DNA of 64,000 nt from the human T2T-CHM13v2.0 reference genome, Homo sapiens, in assembly GCF_009914755.1 (NCBI RefSeq), contig NC_060947.1. One strand, 5' to 3'. Within the stretch, counting starts at the first letter, position 1, and the number at the start of each line of letters is the position of its first letter. The position numbers and the translations under genes were made by a program. The notes beneath the pieces are model-generated. The model was not told where the DNA came from, did no database searches, and was given only the letters and a program-made list of their open reading frames with translations. This document shows, one piece after another, positions 59,138 to 64,000 of this stretch.

Positions 59138-60115
59138 ATCATTATTTTTTAAATTTCAATAGCTTTAGGGTAAAATTGGTTTTGGATTACACGGATGAAT
59201 TACATAGTAGTAAAGCCTGGGCTGTTAGTATATACATCACACAGATAGTGTATATTGTACACAATAGATACTTTTTCAGCCCTCATCCTTCTCCCAACCT
59301 ACCCCCTTCTGAGTCTCCAGTGTCGATTATCCCAATCTGCATGCCCCTGTGTACCCATAGCTTAGCTCCTACTTATAAGTGACAACATGCAGTATTTGGT
59401 TTTCCTTTCCTGAATTACTTCACTTAGGATAGTGGCCTCCGGTTCCATCCAAATTGCTACAAGAAATGTTATCTTGTTCTTCTTTGTGGCTGAGTCGTAT
59501 TCCATATACACACACACACACACCACATTTTCTTTATCTGCTCATCAGTTGATGGGCACTTAGGTTGGTTACATATCTTTGCAATTGTGAATTGTGCTGT
59601 GATAATCATACAAGTGCAGGTATCTTTTCGATATGACTTATTTTCCTTTGAGTAGATATCCAGTAGTAGGATTGTTGGATCAAATCATAGATCTTTTAGT
59701 TCTTTATGAAATCTCCATACTGTTTTCCATAGTCATTTTACTAATTTACATTCCCATCAGCAGTGTAAAAGTATTCCCTTTGTACCACATCCATGCCAGC
59801 ATCTATTGTTTTTTGACTTTTTTTTTTTTTTTTTCTTGAGACGGAGTCTCTCTCAGTCACCCAGGCTGGAGTGCAGTGGCGTGATCTCGTCTCACTGCAA
59901 CGTCTGTGTTTTTTGACTTTTTAATAATGGCCATTCTGACTGGGATAAGGTGGTTATCTCATTGTCGCTTTAATTTTCATTTTCCTAATGATTAGTGATG
60001 CTGAGCATTTCTTCATGTTTGTTGGCCATTTGTGTATCTTATTTTAAAAAATGCCTGTTCATATGATTTGCCCACTTTTCAATAGGTTCATTCATTTTTT
60101 TCTTGCTGATTTATT
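59138..60115 (-). mobile_element. 5'-truncated L1PB-like element
   Basis: 3' UTR 'tttcaatagctttagggt...tgtacccatagcttagctcctacttataagtga'; 14-bp TSD with one mismatch tactatgatttatt (59124-59137) / tactaagatttatt (60116-60129). Confidence 0.9.
59822..59906 (-). mobile_element. Severely 5'-truncated Alu inside the L1PB
   Basis: Poly-T plus 'gagacggagtctc...ctcactgcaacgtctg'; TSD tgttttttgactttt (59807-59821, 59907-59921). Confidence 0.93.
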
Positions 60116-62084
60116 TACTAAGATTTATTTATTTCCCTGTTGTTCAATATTTAGATTGTTTCAAATTATTTGATATTATTATGCCACATAGAATAGTCTT
60201 GTATATAAATCCTTTTGTAAATTTCTTATTGAAATTACTGGTGGAAGGATATGAGTTGTTTTGAACTCTTGTTATGTATTGCAAATTTGTTTCTGAAAGG
60301 CTTTCAAATTTAGATTCCTACCAGCCATATGTGAGTAGCAATCATTTAGAACACTCACAAATACTGAGTGTCATGATTTTAAAAAATATTATATTTGTTA
60401 AATTGATGGGTGAAAAACTGTATCTTATTGTTTTTATTTATATTTATTTGCTTACTCATGATGTTTAAATAGCTTTATTACATATTGACCATTCGTTTTC
60501 GTCTAATTTTTGTTCATATAGTTTTACTCATTTTTGTTTTACAAGTATAGTATGTTTCTTATTTCTTTAATTATATTTATATGTTTATATTAACCCATTA
60601 TCACCATTTTTGCAGTTTGCAATTTTTTCCTGAAGTTTTCATTTGCATTTTAATTTTGTTTTAAAGTATTTTAAGATAACCTGTAGTTTTTTTGTGGTTG
60701 TGGTTGTTGTTAAAATTAGTGGGACCGTTGAAACTAGAATTTCCCTTTTAGATAAAAATTTTGCATTAGTTACTTCAGGGAAACAGAAGAGTATAATAAT
60801 TGTGATAGGGACTCAAGAGAAATTATACAAGTGGTGCTATTCATTATCATTGGCTTCCATTCAAATGGAGCTGGATTTGTTATTTTCCTATTTCTCTTCC
60901 TGAGTCTCCATTTGTGACAGTCTCTTGGCAGGATTTCAGTCTACTTCTAACTTTTATACTTGTGGTTGGAGCCCAGCCAGCTTCTCCTGCTTTCTGGGAG
61001 GAGCTCACTCTCATCGTACATCTATTGACTTGCATGTCTTGTAATGGTAAAGCAATACGTGGAAGGTATTCAAGTTTCCTGAGACTAAAGTGGGTCATAT
61101 CTCTGTCCCAAAACTGAATCATTTGAAATCTGAAAGTGACTTTAAAGATCATCGTTTAAAAATCTCACCATGTAGATGAGTCAAATCCAGAGACACTGCT
61201 TTTGCTTGCTTTCTCAGGCACACAGACTTCACTGAAGAGTAGTAAGCTTGATTGATTCTCTGACAGCTACATTATATTGTAGAGAACTTTGTTGTTATTG
61301 ATCTCATTTACACATTTAATTCCTACTCTGTATGTGGGAATATAATATTTTACTGATTTAATAAACCAGGCATGATTTCTTATTGTGTGATTTATTGTGT
61401 GATTCTTTTTTGTCACAAACTTTGTAGGTTGAGACTTGGCAAGTAACCTACCCTTGAGGGTTTTTTTTTTTTTTTCTCCCAGATGATGGTATGTGTGGTA
61501 GTCTCTCTAAGGCATTATTATGAAGACATTTATTAAATCTCGGTCTATTTGAGTGCCACCTAACGTCTAGATCTCTCAACAGTTTTGCCTAGCCATCATT
61601 TCTCAGCTTGGGATGGTGTAGAGAAACATATTATTCCCACCTGAGCTTATAGAACTGTAGCTAACATCATCAGATATCAGGGCTTTGAGCAAGCCTGCTT
61701 GTGGGTGGTTTATCTTTTCCAGTGATTTGAGACTTGTGTTGCATTGAATATACTTTGAATTTCACGTGTATCTCTGCTCTATTAGTCTGTATTTGGGTTG
61801 TTTTGAAGGATTTTTATTTTAATATGTAGACTGATACATTTTTGTATATGTTGCTGGAGGCGCTTTTGCACTGCTATGTTTTAGAAATCAAAATAATAAA
61901 TAATGCATATGGTGTTCATTGTTTTTCTCCTCTGTCTTTTGATGACTATTAAGTTTCATTGGAAGTGTTAGTAACATTTCTTTATTTTTATTTTTACTAT
62001 TTTAAAAATAATAGTAATAATAATAATAAACGTTTAGCTTTTTAGCCAGGTGTAGCATTTCCTAATTTGAAAATGTGCTATTCA

Positions 62085-62345
62085 TTTTTTAAATAGACTA
62101 TTTTGTAGAGCAGTTTTAGGCTTACAGAAAAAATTATGCAGAAATCTCAGAGTTCCCATATAATTTTCCTCTCCTTCAGAATTTCTCACATTATTAATAT
62201 CTTGCATTAGGGTAGTACATTTTTTACTGTTGATGAAACAATATTAATAAATTATTATCCTTAAAGTCCATAGTTTATATCATGATTCAGCCTTTGTGTT
62301 ATACAGTTTTATGGGTTTTAACAAATGTCTTGTCTACTATATACT
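62085..62345 (-). mobile_element. L1MC-like 3' end fragment
   Basis: 'tagactattttgtagagcagttttaggcttacagaaaaa...agagttcccatat...aaagtccatagtttat', same family as 39893-40570. Confidence 0.8.
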
Positions 62346-63264
62346 GATATTTGACTTATCCTTTGATGACAGTGTAATCATTCCTTACATGGTTCATTCA
62401 TTCATTTCCTCATTTCATATATTTTTTCCTGTAACTATTTATTGAGTACTTCTTGTGGTAGGCATTCTGACAGATGCTAAAGGAAATTGCCAACCTACGC
62501 ACACCCGATGATGATGTTGAGGTCATTTGTGAGAAAAGGCTTTAAAAGGGAATAACCTTTGCTGACAGAATGGTATGATAATCAGAATGGTACTGATTAC
62601 TGGCTTAAAATTTCTACTTGTGAAGTGTTTCAATTAAAATAGGAGTAGCATGTTCCAATTATGCTTCAGACATTTATTTGCAGAGAAGTGCAGTGTGGGA
62701 GCTATGTTAACTGGTGGCTGTACTGGGTATTTCTTTATCTCTTCCCTATTTTTTGTTTGTGATGAATATTTCTTTATATCTTCCCTGTTAGAAGCTGTCA
62801 GCGGTATTCAAAAAAAGCAGTATTTTTCCTTGGAACTAACTATTCTGGGACAGTGTAAGCCAATGGGAAATTTTGACTTAATGAATTTCCCATTGTAAAC
62901 TTTCGGCATTAAATCTGTTGATAGGTGCAAAAAAATTGTAATATTTACATATCTTTGATGGGGAAAACAGGGTTGATTTCTTTTTACCTAAACCAAGCAT
63001 TCCAAATAAATAAATACCAGTAGAAATGAAGAGTATAAATAGAAAACAATAGGAAGACTTAATAAGACTTAATTGAGTTAATTCATCTTTCTTTCTGGTT
63101 CTGTCATTCCTTTTCTCTTTAGTTGTAAGATTATACATTGACTAGCTAGCAGTGATGCCTTCAGGCTAGACATTAGTATACGTTTTTGGTAGGTTCTTAT
63201 ATAATCTGCCAACTATTACTCTTGCAGAGGTTATTTATTATTATTTTTTGTAACAGTTTAATTG

Positions 63265-63470
63265 AGAGTATATTATTTGAAGCTAGACTATCGGAGTTTA
63301 AATCCTGGCTGCCATGCCACCAGGGGCAGGTGTCTTAACCTCTCTAAATCTCAGTTTCATCTGTCATTATAATAATACTTTTTTAACATGGATGTTAGTA
63401 TGATTAAATTGATGTACATGCAAACCAGTTCCATTAATCACTGCTTAGAATTTGTTGTGATGATTATATT
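63265..63470 (+). mobile_element. MIR SINE fragment
   Basis: 'ttgaagctagactatcggagtttaaatcctggct...cttaacctctctaaatctcagtttcatctgt'. Confidence 0.65.
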
Positions 63471-64000
63471 GTAAGAGACCAAGTTGAAGTTCTTCTTGAT
63501 CTATAAATGTATTTCTAATGTTTCTTAGATGAATTTGTTGAACATTAAAGAGATTTCCTTTCATGGCTAATGGCTGTGCTTTGAAAATTTTCATATTAAA
63601 TGTAGAACTATAATCCTCTTTCTGTGTAGATTGTGAAGCTAGTACTTTATTTTCTTTCTCTCAGGCTTCTGATTTATGTTTTCATTGAGTGAATATCAGA
63701 CCATTGCTAATGTCATAAAATAAAATCCAGAAAATAGATGAGTCACTCATTGAAAATAAAATCTGATCAGAAATCCTTTGACTGTGTTACATTTTAAGAT
63801 AATGAATGCTTGGTTTTTGAGTTTTACTATCATACCAACTTTTCCCATGTGTGCATGTGTGTATACATGTGTATGCATATCAGAAAAACTGAAATACTAT
63901 TTCTGCTCAATTCTATTTTGTGAAGTCAATCCAACTTTTATAGTCCCATAAATATCAAATAAATGAAATAATTATTGTCACTAAAGTGGAGAAACTATTG

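Larger units (their letters stand above)
59000..60660 (-). mobile_element. Old L1ME-like relic interrupted by an L1PB
   Basis: 'aatatactatgatttatt' resumes as 'ttccctgttgttcaatatttagattgtttcaaattatt...gattcctaccagccatatgtgag...tgatgggtgaaaaactgtatctta'. Confidence 0.6.

Noticed and set aside
63317-63330. CTCF-like motif ccaccaggggcagg
   Set aside because: One G short of the core consensus spacing and located inside a MIR relic.

Overview
AT-rich, CpG-poor primate genomic DNA (Alu-bearing, most likely human or another ape). I can support no protein-coding exon, functional RNA gene, CpG island or CRISPR array. The ORF track is explained by Alu, L1 and LTR translations or by chance. Much of the window is recognisable interspersed repeat: 15 Alus plus a FLAM monomer, a near full-length L1MA-type element (23930-31857, minus), several L1 3' fragments, five LTRs, a MER44/Tigger MITE, a MamSINE1 and many old L2/MIR relics. 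All L1s and four of five LTRs are on the minus strand and the + strand looks T/G-rich, which suggests a large intron of a + strand gene (host not identified). Repeat subfamily names come from recalled consensus sequences, not from a search. The most notable signal is four short segments (23-72 bp) each duplicated 0.8-1.3 kb away, i.e. candidate locally templated insertions. One has a 17-bp target-site duplication and a poly(A)-like tract, and another is inverted. I also see an Alu insertion that appears to have deleted L1 target sequence, plus nested, truncated and internally deleted Alus. These look like DNA-repair and retroposition scars; I found no evidence of a new gene system.
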